This document shows, in pieces, positions 48,313-58,011 of a stretch of DNA of 64,000 bases; position 1 is the first letter of the stretch, and every line of letters begins with the position of its first letter. A program made the translations under genes and the position numbers. The notes beneath the pieces are model-generated. The model did no database searches. It was not told the DNA's origin and was given only the letters and a program-made list of their open reading frames with translations. Source of the DNA: Arenicellales bacterium (GTDB lineage Bacteria > Pseudomonadota > Gammaproteobacteria > Arenicellales > JAJDZL01); assembly GCA_965214785.1 (NCBI GenBank), contig OZ243975.1, positions 708,914 through 772,913 of the forward strand, given 5' to 3'.

Positions 48313-49245
48313 TTATTGACCGGAAGAGCCGTTTATCCTTTTTCGGAGTGAATCGACTTGTTTGCGGTTGAGTCTCGTTAACTCGACAATCTCATCAGAC
48401 TTCATACCCTTTAGCAGCAATTTCGCCGCGACCTCTTCTCGACCTTCTTCCCGACCTTCTTCCCGAAGTTCATCTATAGCTGACATCACCATCTGTTTTT
48501 CCTCTGGCGTTCTGGTTTCCAAACTCAATAACTCTGGTAGTTTTATACCCTTATTGTAACTGTAAATATACTTCAACAACAATTTCACCATGCGTTGGCG
48601 GTCTTGCTCAGGCACAAACTTGATGCGCTCCATCAACTCCTGCCAATCGCTTGCGTCATAGTCGCGCACTATCGTCATCGCTCTGACTACAGCATCGATG
48701 TTGGTCTCTTTTACCTGTCTTTGCCTATCGAGCTCGAGCAGATCAATCAACACAGACTTGAAATTTACTGCATATTCACTCAACACATCTAAGTGTTCAC
48801 TCGATATGCTGGTAAAGTGATCGCGGAATTCGATTGATGTACGCTTGTCTGATGCCGCATGGCGAACCACAATCGGTATGATCAGCGACGTAAAGTCATC
48901 GTCCAAATACCGCAGAAACTGATATTGCGCAAGCTGTTTTACCAACCCCTTGTCTTTAAAGCTCTTGTGCTCAAACATCAGGATAATGCTCGCCATGCGA
49001 TGGGAGTCTTTTAGCTTTACACGGTACTCCAGATCGCTTCTTTTTATATTGAATTCATCCGCAGATATAACCGGAGTTGCCAACTCCAGCGTTGACCAAT
49101 CGACAATTTCATATAACGCTTTCGGGCAGGCGATTCTCATTAAGGTCAAAAGATAGGCAATGATCTTGAATACATCATAGAAGAAGTCATTATGGATATT
49201 GGAATCTGGCTTGTCAGGTGACGATGAAGATTTGGACTTTGACAT
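48313..49245 (-). CDS. Rpn/YhgA-like recombination-promoting nuclease family protein (PD-(D/E)XK, Transposase_31-like)
   Basis: The ATG at 49245 gives a 310-aa protein.

MSKSKSSSSPDKPDSNIHNDFFYDVF...VDWSTLEL...KRSDLEYRVKL...ASIILMFEHKSFKDKG...IIPIVVRHA parallels E. coli RpnA (PHDAVFKQF...SDVLY...IEHQS).

The C-terminal tail has EEGR repeats and ends ...RINGSSGQ. The ORF-track start at 49371 adds 42 unlikely residues. Confidence 0.75.
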   Translation of the reverse strand: MSKSKSSSSPDKPDSNIHNDFFYDVFKIIAYLLTLMRIACPKALYEIVDWSTLELATPVISADEFNIKRSDLEYRVKLKDSHRMASIILMFEHKSFKDKGLVKQLAQYQFLRYLDDDFTSLIIPIVVRHAASDKRTSIEFRDHFTSISSEHLDVLSEYAVNFKSVLIDLLELDRQRQVKETNIDAVVRAMTIVRDYDASDWQELMERIKFVPEQDRQRMVKLLLKYIYSYNKGIKLPELLSLETRTPEEKQMVMSAIDELREEGREEGREEVAAKLLLKGMKSDEIVELTRLNRKQVDSLRKRINGSSGQ

Positions 49246-49491
49246 GATAAACACCTCAAAAAGTAGAGAAAACGAATGGCAGACATTGCTGACTTTATTG
49301 GTGATAAAGCGGCAATGCAAATATGAAACGAACCGCTGCACGAATGCCTGGCACCTGCGCGCCTGCGTCACTCGTGAGTAATGATCTTTGCTTGCCAGTA
49401 TAGCATTGGCGGGTAGAAATACAAAAAAATGGGCGAAAAAAGTTTTTTACATCGATTTTAGCTTGTGCTTGGCGCATTATGAAAGGTTCGA

Positions 49492-49515
49492 AATTCACAG
49501 GCAGTTCTGTGAATT
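49492..49515. promoter_or_regulatory. Perfect 9-bp inverted repeat between the Rpn-like gene and the sdh cluster
   Basis: AATTCACAG (49492-49500), spacer gcagtt, then CTGTGAATT (49507-49515). The function is unknown; it could be an operator or an RNA hairpin. Confidence 0.4.
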
Positions 49516-49659
49516 GAACTTGCTCGATCTTCCAAATTACTTTCACTGTGGCTATGGAATCACTGTCAGCGAAAAAAATTACTGTGGTTTAAAGTTGGTT
49601 GGCAATACAATATCTTTGATAATTGAATAATAATATTCGACAACAAATACACCCGCCAA

Positions 49660-49854
49660 GTGAACACCAAACGAACTATGGAACACCGTGAACAAGTACG
49701 CAATGAAACTCGAAGCGCTGTTCAACCCCTTGATCATGAAACAAATAACAGTTCTGATCACGAACATCACACATCGCACAACAAGTCGAAAAAGCGTCTT
49801 GACCCCACTCGTTATGGCGATTGGGAAAAGGAGGGAAGGTGCATAGACTTCTAA
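49660..49854 (+). CDS. DUF1674 / SDHAF4-like succinate dehydrogenase assembly factor
   Basis: The C-terminus ...RLDPTRYGDWEKEGRCIDF matches the hallmark SDHAF4/DUF1674 ending (PTRYGDWE.KGRCIDF). It lies immediately upstream of sdhC. The start may be GTG at 49660 or ATG at 49678. Confidence 0.8.
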   Translation: MNTKRTMEHREQVRNETRSAVQPLDHETNNSSDHEHHTSHNKSKKRLDPTRYGDWEKEGRCIDF

Positions 49855-49964
49855 GACGACGGATGAACGACTCAACCCTTTGTTGGGAAAGAAATTTACC
49901 GCAGCAATCAAAACCTTCGACTGCCAGTTCATGTGCTGATCGACTTTAGAGTGACATTATTGGC

Positions 49965-50351
49965 ATGGACTACTCAAATCGACCACTATCTCCTCACTTA
50001 CAAGTCTACCGACCTCAACTGACGTCGGTTTTCTCAATTCTGCACCGAATCAGCGGTGTTATTCTTTCACTCGGTGCTGTCTTGATTGCGGTGTGGCTCA
50101 ATCTTTTGGCATATGACCGGGAAATGTTCGAAACAATTTATCGCGTTCTGGGCACAATTTTTGGGCGAGCGTTTCTATTCATCTGGACTGTGACACTTTT
50201 CTACCACCTTTGTAACGGAATTCGCCACCTTTTTTGGGATGCTGGCAAGGGCTTTGAATTACGACAGGTATATCTAAGTGCATGGGCGGTGTTGGCAGCT
50301 ACAGTCATTTTAACTATGGTCGTCTGGGGGGTTGGATATGCACTGTGCTGA
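49965..50351 (+). CDS. sdhC: Succinate dehydrogenase cytochrome b556 subunit
   Basis: 128 aa. It starts NRPLSPHLQVYRPQLTSVFSILHRISG and has three TM helices. Confidence 0.9.
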   Translation: MDYSNRPLSPHLQVYRPQLTSVFSILHRISGVILSLGAVLIAVWLNLLAYDREMFETIYRVLGTIFGRAFLFIWTVTLFYHLCNGIRHLFWDAGKGFELRQVYLSAWAVLAATVILTMVVWGVGYALC

Positions 50352-50366
50352 TAAAGGACAGAAGCA

Positions 50367-50744
50367 ATGAGGTTTCAGTCACCATTGGCTCGGGTGATCG
50401 GTCTAGGCTCGGCTAAAGAAGGCGCGTCGCATTGGTGGTGGCAGAGATTATCTGCAATCGCACTGGTGCCGCTGTCGATGTGGTTTGTCTTTTCGGTAGC
50501 ATCGTTTTCCGGCAAGTGTGCCGCAGATGTAGACTTATGGCTTTCGTCATCGTGGACATCGACACTGATGATCGCATTTGTGGTTTGTCTTTTCTACCAC
50601 GCACAGCTGGGGATGCAAGTTGTTCTGGAAGACTACGTGCACAATGAAGCGGCCAAAATCGTTCTGATATGGGCAGTTAAGTTTTTATCAATACTCTTGG
50701 TTATATCCAGTACGGTTTCGATTCTGCAGATCGCCCTTCAGTAG
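50367..50744 (+). CDS. sdhD: Succinate dehydrogenase hydrophobic membrane anchor subunit
   Basis: 125 aa. GSAKEGASHWWWQRLSAIALVPL resembles the alphaproteobacterial/mitochondrial type of SdhD. Confidence 0.88.
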   Translation: MRFQSPLARVIGLGSAKEGASHWWWQRLSAIALVPLSMWFVFSVASFSGKCAADVDLWLSSSWTSTLMIAFVVCLFYHAQLGMQVVLEDYVHNEAAKIVLIWAVKFLSILLVISSTVSILQIALQ

Positions 50745-50756
50745 TATCTGTTTGTT

Positions 50757-52547
50757 ATGAACATCACCTCCTATGAATTTGTTGATCACAATTATGACGT
50801 TGTGGTGGTCGGCGCAGGCGGAGCTGGATTACGTGCCACGTTCGGTTCTGCTTATGAGAATTTATCCACAGCCTGTATAACCAAAGTCTTTCCTACAAGA
50901 AGTCATACTGTCGCCGCACAAGGAGGTATCAGCGCTGCGCTTGGCAATATGAGCGAAGACGACTGGCGATGGCACATGTATGACACGGTTAAAGGCTCAG
51001 ACTGGCTTGGTGATCAGGATGCCATCGAATATTTGTGCCGCGAAGCACCCGATGCAGTCATCGAACTCGAGCACTACGGAGTACCATTTTCCCGTACCGA
51101 GGATGGGAGAATTTATCAACGGGCCTTCGGCGGAATGACCACTCATTTCGGAGAAGGGCAGGCAATGAGAACCTGTGCGGCCGCGGACCGTACCGGGCAC
51201 GCAATTTTGCACACTTTGTATCAACAAGCACTAAAACACCGCGCCGAGTTTTACATTGAGTATTTTGCTCTCGATCTACTTATGCACGATGGAGAATGCC
51301 GCGGAGTATTAGCCTGGAATCTAGAAGACGGAACACTGCACAGGTTTAATGCAAAAATCGTCATGCTGGCAACCGGAGGGTATGGACGTGCGTATTTTTC
51401 ATGTACGTCTGCCCACACCTGCACCGGTGATGGCAACGCAATGGCATTGCGTGCTGGCATACCACTCCAAGACATGGAATTCGTTCAATTTCACCCGACA
51501 GGTATTTACGGTTCCGGATGCCTGATCACCGAAGGTGCAAGAGGTGAAGGCGGATATCTGACCAATTCAGACGGTGAACGGTTTATGGAACGTTATGCAC
51601 CGAATGCAAAAGATTTGGCATCAAGAGATGTCGTCAGCCGTTCTATGACAATGGAGATTAATGCAGGAAGAGGAGTGGGATCGAACAGCGATCATATACA
51701 CTTGCATCTCGAACACCTCGGACCGGAAGTCATTCAAGAACGGCTGCCCGGGATAACAGAAACCGCCCGAATTTTTGCTGGTGTAGATGCGACAAGCACA
51801 CCGATCCCGGTAATTCCGACAGTTCACTATAACATGGGAGGCATTCCAACCAACCACCGTACTGAAGTTGTTACTCAAAAACACGGAGACAATAACTTTC
51901 TGGTTCCAGGTTTGATGGCGATCGGGGAAACCGGGTGCGTTTCGGTCCATGGCGCCAATCGTTTGGGATCCAACTCTTTGCTTGACCTGGTGGTATTTGG
52001 ACGAGCCGCAGCAATTCACGCAAAGAAAATCATACAATCAAGTGATGCGAAACGATCGTTGCCTCGAAATATTGAAGAAAAGGCAATCGATCATTTTGAC
52101 CGTATTCGCTATAGTTCTGGTTCTACCAAAGTCGCAGAAATTCGCTTGAACATGCAGCAAGTCATGCAAAGTCATTGCGCAGTATTTCGAACCGAGGAAC
52201 TGCTTAGGGAGGGCACGGAGAAAATGGTCGAAGTGTGGAAAAGTCTGGCAGATATGAGAACTGCTGACCGTTCAATGATATGGAATACGGATTTAGTTGA
52301 GGCGCTTGAACTTGATAATCTGGTGCGACAGGCGTTGACGACGATATTTTCGGCTGTAAACCGCAAAGAAAGCCGCGGTGCCCATGCCAGAGAAGACTAC
52401 CCCGACCGTGATGATGACAATTGGATGAAACATACGCTGTCATGGCTAGACGACTCAGGTAAGGTTACGCTAGATTATCGCCCGGTTCATCTGTACACGC
52501 TGAGCGATGATGTGAATCTGATCGCTCCAAAAGCACGCGTGTACTGA
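50757..52547 (+). CDS. sdhA: Succinate dehydrogenase flavoprotein subunit
   Basis: 596 aa. It has the FAD motif [14 protein letters not shown], the flavinylation site [10 protein letters not shown], and [18 protein letters not shown]. Confidence 0.97.
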
Positions 52548-52569
52548 CTGCAGAAAAGGAGTTTTTATT

Positions 52570-53349
52570 GTGGCGCAATTCACTTTACCGAAGAATTCGA
52601 AAATCTCAGACGGAACGCTTTATCCGGCACAAGAGTCGGTTAAGAACAAAAGAACGTTCAAAATATATCGTTGGAGCCCAGACGATGACAACCTTCCGAC
52701 AATCGACACCTACGAGTTGGATGAAGATAACTGTGGATTGATGGTGTTGGATGCGCTAATCAAGATTAAAAATGAAGTTGATTCAACACTGACTTTTCGA
52801 AGATCATGCCGTGAAGGGATCTGCGGGTCGTGCGCCATGAATATCGACGGAACAAACACACTGGCATGTATCAAACCGATCAGCGAAATCAAATCAACTG
52901 TAAAGATATACCCGCTGCCACATTTACCGGTTGTTAAAGATCTGGTTGCGGATCTGACACATTTCTATGCACAATACGCGTCGATCAAGCCGTGGCTGCA
53001 AAGACAGTCTCCACCTTCTGCAAGTCGGGAAAGCTTGCAGTCTATTGAGGAACGAGCCGAGCTGGATGGATTATATGAGTGCATACTTTGCGCTTGCTGC
53101 TCAACAAGTTGTCCAAGTTATTGGTGGAACTCCGATCGTTATCTTGGACCTGCAATACTGTTGCAAGCATATCGCTGGATAGCTGACAGCCGCGATGAAG
53201 CGATCGGCGATCGCCTCGACGAGTTGCAAGACCCTTTTCGACTCTACCGCTGTCACACAATAATGAACTGTACAAATACCTGCCCGAAACATCTTAATCC
53301 GGGTAAGGCTATCGCAGAAATCAAGAAGCTGCTGGCAATTCGAAAATGA
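52570..53349 (+). CDS. sdhB: Succinate dehydrogenase iron-sulfur subunit
   Basis: 259 aa. Cluster motifs are [23 protein letters not shown] and [15 protein letters not shown] start. Confidence 0.95.
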
Positions 53350-53355
53350 CCGGTC

Positions 53356-53625
53356 ATGCCAGACTTGTTGCGCGAGCAAAAAAATCGCACTTTATGGAAA
53401 TGCAGGCAAGGTACGCGGGAATTGGAACTGGTTCTTTGCGGATACGCACAGTCTCACTATGACTCACTTAGCCAACAGCAGCGGCAACTGTTCGATCAGT
53501 TGCTTGACTTTAGCAATGCCGAATTGAACGATTGGCTGCTATTGGGGGCGCAAACCTATGACGAGTGTTTTACCGAATTGATAGAAAATATCCGCTCACA
53601 CAAGACTCACACAAATCACTTTTGA
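53356..53625 (+). CDS. sdhE: FAD assembly factor SdhE (SDHAF2 family)
   Basis: 89 aa. It has the RGxxE-type motif CRQGTRELELVL and FDQLLDFSNAELNDWLL. Confidence 0.85.
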   Translation: MPDLLREQKNRTLWKCRQGTRELELVLCGYAQSHYDSLSQQQRQLFDQLLDFSNAELNDWLLLGAQTYDECFTELIENIRSHKTHTNHF

Positions 53626-53704
53626 AGCGCTTTGCGTTCCACTGTTTCAAGTCAAAACCTTGCACCAAAGACTTTTGTGCGAGTCAATCATCAATGAAAA
53701 TAAT

Positions 53705-55375
53705 ATGAAAATCATAGACACCGCCCAGATACCGCGCGAACTGCTGCGTGGCCGAATCATGCTCGAATTGCCGCAATACAACAAAGGCAACGCGTTCACG
53801 GAATCGGATCGGCTGGAATACGGACTGTTGGGGCTATTGCCTTATAACGAAGAGACAATTGAAGCACAGCTTGAGCGCGCCTACCGTGCATATCAAAACA
53901 AACATTCGGCTTTGGAACAGCATATCTACCTTCGACAACTGCAAAATTTCAATGAACGGCTTTATTTCAAACTGATTATCAAACATGCTGCCGAGATGCT
54001 TCCAATCATCTATACACCGACAGTCGGGGAAGCGTGTCAATACTTCTCAGATATCTATCGCAAACCTCAAGGACTGTTTCTAAACTACCCGGAACGCGAG
54101 CACATTGATCAAATTCTCGACAATGTTGGGAATATAGACTGCGAGGTCATCGTAATTACCGATGGCGAAGCGATTCTTGGGATTGGTGATCAGGGCGTAG
54201 GCGGCATGGGAATTCCAATAGGCAAACTCAGTCTTTATTCCGCTTTAGGCGGAATTGACCCCAAGAACACTTTGCCGATTGTTTTGGATGTGGGCACGGA
54301 CAACCAAGTGCTGCTCAACGATCCGCTGTATGTCGGTTGGCGACACGAACGGCTTCGAGGCCAGGAATATGATGATTTTGTAGAATTGGCACTGACCCGT
54401 ATTCATGACAGGTGGCCAGATGCAGTCATTCAGTTTGAAGATTTTGGAATGCCCAATTCGCAGAATTTGCTTAACAGGTACATCGATCGGTTATGTTGTT
54501 TTAACGATGATATTCAAGGTACTGCATCTGTAACACTCGGATGTCTTGTCGCTGCTAGCAGAGCAACCGGTGTGCCGCTTAGTGAATCGAACATCGTTAT
54601 AGTAGGAGCAGGTGCAGCCGGAACAGGAATTGCTTTCGGTTTGGTATTTTCAATGACACAAGCCGGATTGGACCTAGATTCAGCACAACGTCGAATTTAT
54701 ATGATCAACAGAGATGGGCTGATACACTCAGGTTCTGACCGCATAATGCAAAGTCAGCGACCTTTTGCCCGAGACCTGTCAGAATTATCTCAATGGCAAA
54801 GCGGATATCAACTCGCAGATGTCATCGAAAATGTCAAACCCAATATTCTAATTGGCGTCAGTGGGCAATCGGGAATGTTCACAAAAGAATTGATCACTCA
54901 AATGGCGGCTCATGTAGAGCAGCCATGTATATTCCCGCTTTCAAATCCTACAGTGAAATCTGAAGCCCACCCGGAAAACTTAATTCAATGGACCCAAGGG
55001 CGAGCTTTAGTCGCAACCGGAAGTCCATTTGTACCGGTTCGTCACAATGGCACCAGTTATGACATTGCACAATGTAATAACGCTTATGCTTTCCCAGGCA
55101 TTGGATTGGGGTTATTGGCAATCAAGGCAAGGCGAGTCACCAACGAGATGTTCACAGCTGTTGCCAACGTGATTGGCAACGCTGAGCCAAATGTTCGCAA
55201 ACCGGGCAATTCCCTGCTGCCTCCACTAAGTGGGATTCGTTCTCTGAGCCGAGATATTGCTATCGCTGTGGCTAACGTTGCGATTCAGCAGGGTCTGAAT
55301 AATGTTGAAGTCGAAACTTCGGTAGAAGAGCTTATCGACGCCAAAGTTTGGAACCCAACTTACTCGTCCGAGTAA
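53705..55375 (+). CDS. maeA: NAD-dependent malic enzyme
   Basis: The ATG at 53705 gives a 556-aa protein. Motifs are YNKGNAFTESDR, IYTPTVGEAC, VITDGEAILGIGDQG, FNDDIQGTA and VGAGAAG. The ORF-track start at 53660 is probably an extension. Confidence 0.92.
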   Translation: MKIIDTAQIPRELLRGRIMLELPQYNKGNAFTESDRLEYGLLGLLPYNEETIEAQLERAYRAYQNKHSALEQHIYLRQLQNFNERLYFKLIIKHAAEMLPIIYTPTVGEACQYFSDIYRKPQGLFLNYPEREHIDQILDNVGNIDCEVIVITDGEAILGIGDQGVGGMGIPIGKLSLYSALGGIDPKNTLPIVLDVGTDNQVLLNDPLYVGWRHERLRGQEYDDFVELALTRIHDRWPDAVIQFEDFGMPNSQNLLNRYIDRLCCFNDDIQGTASVTLGCLVAASRATGVPLSESNIVIVGAGAAGTGIAFGLVFSMTQAGLDLDSAQRRIYMINRDGLIHSGSDRIMQSQRPFARDLSELSQWQSGYQLADVIENVKPNILIGVSGQSGMFTKELITQMAAHVEQPCIFPLSNPTVKSEAHPENLIQWTQGRALVATGSPFVPVRHNGTSYDIAQCNNAYAFPGIGLGLLAIKARRVTNEMFTAVANVIGNAEPNVRKPGNSLLPPLSGIRSLSRDIAIAVANVAIQQGLNNVEVETSVEELIDAKVWNPTYSSE

Positions 55376-55389
55376 ATTCAATACGTTTT

Positions 55390-57036
55390 TTATCTTGGTT
55401 GCGACTCGTTGCTGTTAATGCGGGGGTCTAAGACAGTATTGACTGCACCTTGTGATAAGGTTTCCGGATAGTCGAGAACATAATGCAAACCGCGGCTTTC
55501 ACGGCGTTCCAATGCACAGCGGACGATCAATTCGGCTGTCTGAATTAAGTTTCTCAGTTCGATTAGATCTCGATTTACGCGAAACTGGCTATAAAACTCC
55601 CGAACCTCTTCGCTTAGGAGTTCAACGCGCCGCAAAGCTCGCCGCAATCGTCTTTGGGTGCGAACAATTCCAACATAATCCCACATAAATCTGCGCAACT
55701 CATCCCAATTGTGTGAGATGACAATCAATTCATCAGGGTCAGTGACTTGGCTTTCATCCCAATCTGGAACGTCGACATCAACGACACAGCTTTCCGATTG
55801 ATTGTCAAAAATATGTCGAAACGACGCGTCGGCAAGAACAATGCATTCCAACAGAGAGTTACTGGCGAGACGGTTGGCGCCGTGCAGTCCGCTGTTGGCA
55901 CTTTCACCAATGCAATATAAACCGGCAAGATCTGTGCGGCCGTTTAAGTCAACAACAACACCGCCGCAAGTATAGTGCGCGGCCGGTACAACAGGAACCG
56001 GCTGCTTTGTCATATCGATCCCCAACTCCAAGCATCTGTTTGCTATTGTCGGAAAGTGGCTTTGTATCCACTTCGAAGGTTTCATGGAGATGTCGAGATA
56101 AACACAGTCGTATCCGCCGACTTTCATTTCATGATCGATTGCTCGGGCAACAATATCACGCGGCGCAAGTTCCTGTCTTGTGTCGTACTTATGCATGAAT
56201 CCAGAACCGTCAGGAAGAATCAGTTTTCCGCCTTCTCCACGTACCGCTTCTGATATCAAAAACGACTTGGCATGAGGGTGATACAAGCATGTGGGGTGAA
56301 ACTGAACGAATTCCATATTGGCCACACGGCAGCCGCTTCGCCATGCCATCGCGATGCCATCACCTGTCGAAGTGTCAGGATTGCTAGTGTACAGATACGT
56401 CTTCGAAGCACCGCCTGTTGCCAGTACCACAGCATTCGAAATTATCGTTAGAACTGTTTCGTTTTCAATGTTTAATGCATACAGTCCAATACATCGATTT
56501 TCTGCATCGAAGTGCCCAAGTCGATGTGTCGTGATCAGTTCTATTGAGATTAATTTCTCATAAACTGTGATATTCGGATGTGAACGGATTTTTGACTCCA
56601 GTGTTGTTTCAACCGTTCGCCCGGTTGCATCAGCCGAGTGAATCACCCGTCTGGCACTGTGACCGCCTTCCTGGGTCAAGTGAAACTCTTCAGGGTGTCC
56701 GGACTTCTCATCGCGATGGGAAAATACAACTCCGTTGTCCAGCAGCCACTGAATTGACTGAGGACCCTTTTTAACCACAAATTCGACTGCCTCCTCGTTG
56801 CATAATCCACAACCCGCACTTAATGTATCGTGAATATGCGCATTGAAACTGTCTTTTAGGTCCCATACAGCAGCAATGCCACCTTGGGCGTAATAGCTGG
56901 AATTTTCGATCAGTTCTTCTTTGGTAAGAACCGCGACATCATAACCCGCATCAGCGCATTTCAGTGCAGTTGCCAACCCTGACAAGCCACTGCCAACGAT
57001 TGTGATGTAATGGTTATGACGTGTCGATCGATTCAC
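55390..57036 (-). CDS. nadB: L-aspartate oxidase
   Basis: 548 aa. It has the FAD motif ITIVGSGLSGLATAL, HGANRLASNSLLE, and the ESRGLHY motif near the C-terminus. It is divergent from rpoE, as in E. coli. Confidence 0.95.
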   Translation of the reverse strand: MNRSTRHNHYITIVGSGLSGLATALKCADAGYDVAVLTKEELIENSSYYAQGGIAAVWDLKDSFNAHIHDTLSAGCGLCNEEAVEFVVKKGPQSIQWLLDNGVVFSHRDEKSGHPEEFHLTQEGGHSARRVIHSADATGRTVETTLESKIRSHPNITVYEKLISIELITTHRLGHFDAENRCIGLYALNIENETVLTIISNAVVLATGGASKTYLYTSNPDTSTGDGIAMAWRSGCRVANMEFVQFHPTCLYHPHAKSFLISEAVRGEGGKLILPDGSGFMHKYDTRQELAPRDIVARAIDHEMKVGGYDCVYLDISMKPSKWIQSHFPTIANRCLELGIDMTKQPVPVVPAAHYTCGGVVVDLNGRTDLAGLYCIGESANSGLHGANRLASNSLLECIVLADASFRHIFDNQSESCVVDVDVPDWDESQVTDPDELIVISHNWDELRRFMWDYVGIVRTQRRLRRALRRVELLSEEVREFYSQFRVNRDLIELRNLIQTAELIVRCALERRESRGLHYVLDYPETLSQGAVNTVLDPRINSNESQPR

Positions 57037-57272
57037 GGGCTGCTCGGTGCAAAGGATATGCGGAAAACTAGCATACGGAAGTATCTTTCAAGGTAAGTTC
57101 TATAATTCGAAATGAGACTATAAAAATCATCAGACAGGTAGCGCAAAGCATCTGCATTTTTCCGACTTACGATATGAAGTTTGTCTATCAACCTTTCGTT
57201 GAAATTGTGTTGCTGCTGATGCTAACGGTCGGTGATTTATCGCATTACATTGTAATTGACCTGAAATGACAA

Positions 57273-57299
57273 GAACATTTTCCAGCAAAAATGGTCTAA
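57273..57299 (+). promoter_or_regulatory. Candidate sigma-E (AlgU/RpoE)-type autoregulatory promoter
   Basis: GAACAT (57273-57278), a 16-nt spacer, then TCTAA (57295-57299), 50 nt upstream of the rpoE ATG. This resembles the GAACTT-N16/17-TCTNA consensus. Confidence 0.4.
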
Positions 57300-57348
57300 A
57301 CCCATCAATGAGAATGGACAAGAATGTCCACGCGTAAGTTGTGATTGT

Positions 57349-58008
57349 ATGACGGATATACCCACATCCAATCCAGAAAATACGCCGGAGCAGATACTGC
57401 TAAAAAGAGCCGTTGATGGTGATGAGCAGGCTTACAATTTGCTCGCTGAGTTGTACCGACCCAGAATCCACATTTGGGTGCAAGGGTTAGAGCGAAAATA
57501 TTTGAATGGATCCAGTCTGCGAGGAGATGAAACACAAGACATCGTTCAAGATGTATTAATTAAATTTTGGAGAAACATACACCAGTTCAAAGGCGACAGC
57601 AAGCTTTCTACCTGGCTTTTTTCCATTACCAGAAATCATTTCAAAAACCAGATAAAAAAACATGCGAAACACGAAAAGAACATTTCAATACAGGAAATCA
57701 CCCACAGAATAGACAACGATGTAGTGCATGAGCAGACCAGATATCCAGAATCGATTCTTGACAGAGCTGACCCGGAAAGCCATTATGAAGCAAAGGAACA
57801 AGTCAACAAGATGTTTGAGATTATCGAAGGGTTGCCTGATGCTTTACAAGAAGTTTTTATGCTTCGCGAACGTGATGAATTGACATACCAACAGATAGCC
57901 GAACAAACAAATATCCAGCTTGATACGGTAAAAACTCGCTTACACAGAGCCAGAAAAATGATTTATTCCCAGCTCCAGCAATGGACCGACAACACTTCAG
58001 GAAAATAA
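57349..58008 (+). CDS. rpoE: ECF sigma factor RpoE (sigma-E/AlgU)
   Basis: 219 aa with region 2 (DIVQDVLIKFWRN) and region 4 (LTYQQIAEQTNIQLDTVKTRLHRARK). It is followed by rseA- and rseB-like genes. Confidence 0.9.
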   Translation: MTDIPTSNPENTPEQILLKRAVDGDEQAYNLLAELYRPRIHIWVQGLERKYLNGSSLRGDETQDIVQDVLIKFWRNIHQFKGDSKLSTWLFSITRNHFKNQIKKHAKHEKNISIQEITHRIDNDVVHEQTRYPESILDRADPESHYEAKEQVNKMFEIIEGLPDALQEVFMLRERDELTYQQIAEQTNIQLDTVKTRLHRARKMIYSQLQQWTDNTSGK

Positions 58009-58011
58009 CCG

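Larger units (their letters stand above)
47340..48530 (-). repeat. Tandem direct repeat array duplicating the 3' end and 3' flank of the Rpn-like gene
   Basis: The array has two full units (about 432 bp and 394 bp, measured stop codon to stop codon: 47487, 47919, 48313), the parental copy, and a decayed remnant at about 47340-47395. Near-identical strings recur, for example cttggaattgtgtcttttggaatatcgaagtgtccaaggtttt and gagtctcgttaactcgacaatctcatc. Confidence 0.9.

Noticed and set aside
47340-48530. Regularly spaced repeats that could at first glance suggest a CRISPR array or a mobile-element terminal repeat.
   Set aside because: The repeat unit is about 400 bp and protein-coding, being the duplicated 3' end of the Rpn-like gene. 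There are no short repeat/spacer units, no cas genes, and no terminal inverted repeats or transposase.
49480-49500. GGTTCGAAA string resembling a tRNA T-arm.
   Set aside because: I could not build acceptor, D or anticodon arms around it. It is part of the palindrome flank instead.
49492-49515. Possible CRP site, because it contains TCACA and TGTGA.
   Set aside because: The half-sites are in the wrong order (TCACA...TGTGA instead of TGTGA-N6-TCACA) and at the wrong spacing.
49579-49932. 117-aa minus-strand ORF overlapping the DUF1674-like gene.
   Set aside because: The plus-strand ORF carries a highly diagnostic C-terminal motif and sits in sdh context. The minus-strand translation has no recognisable features.
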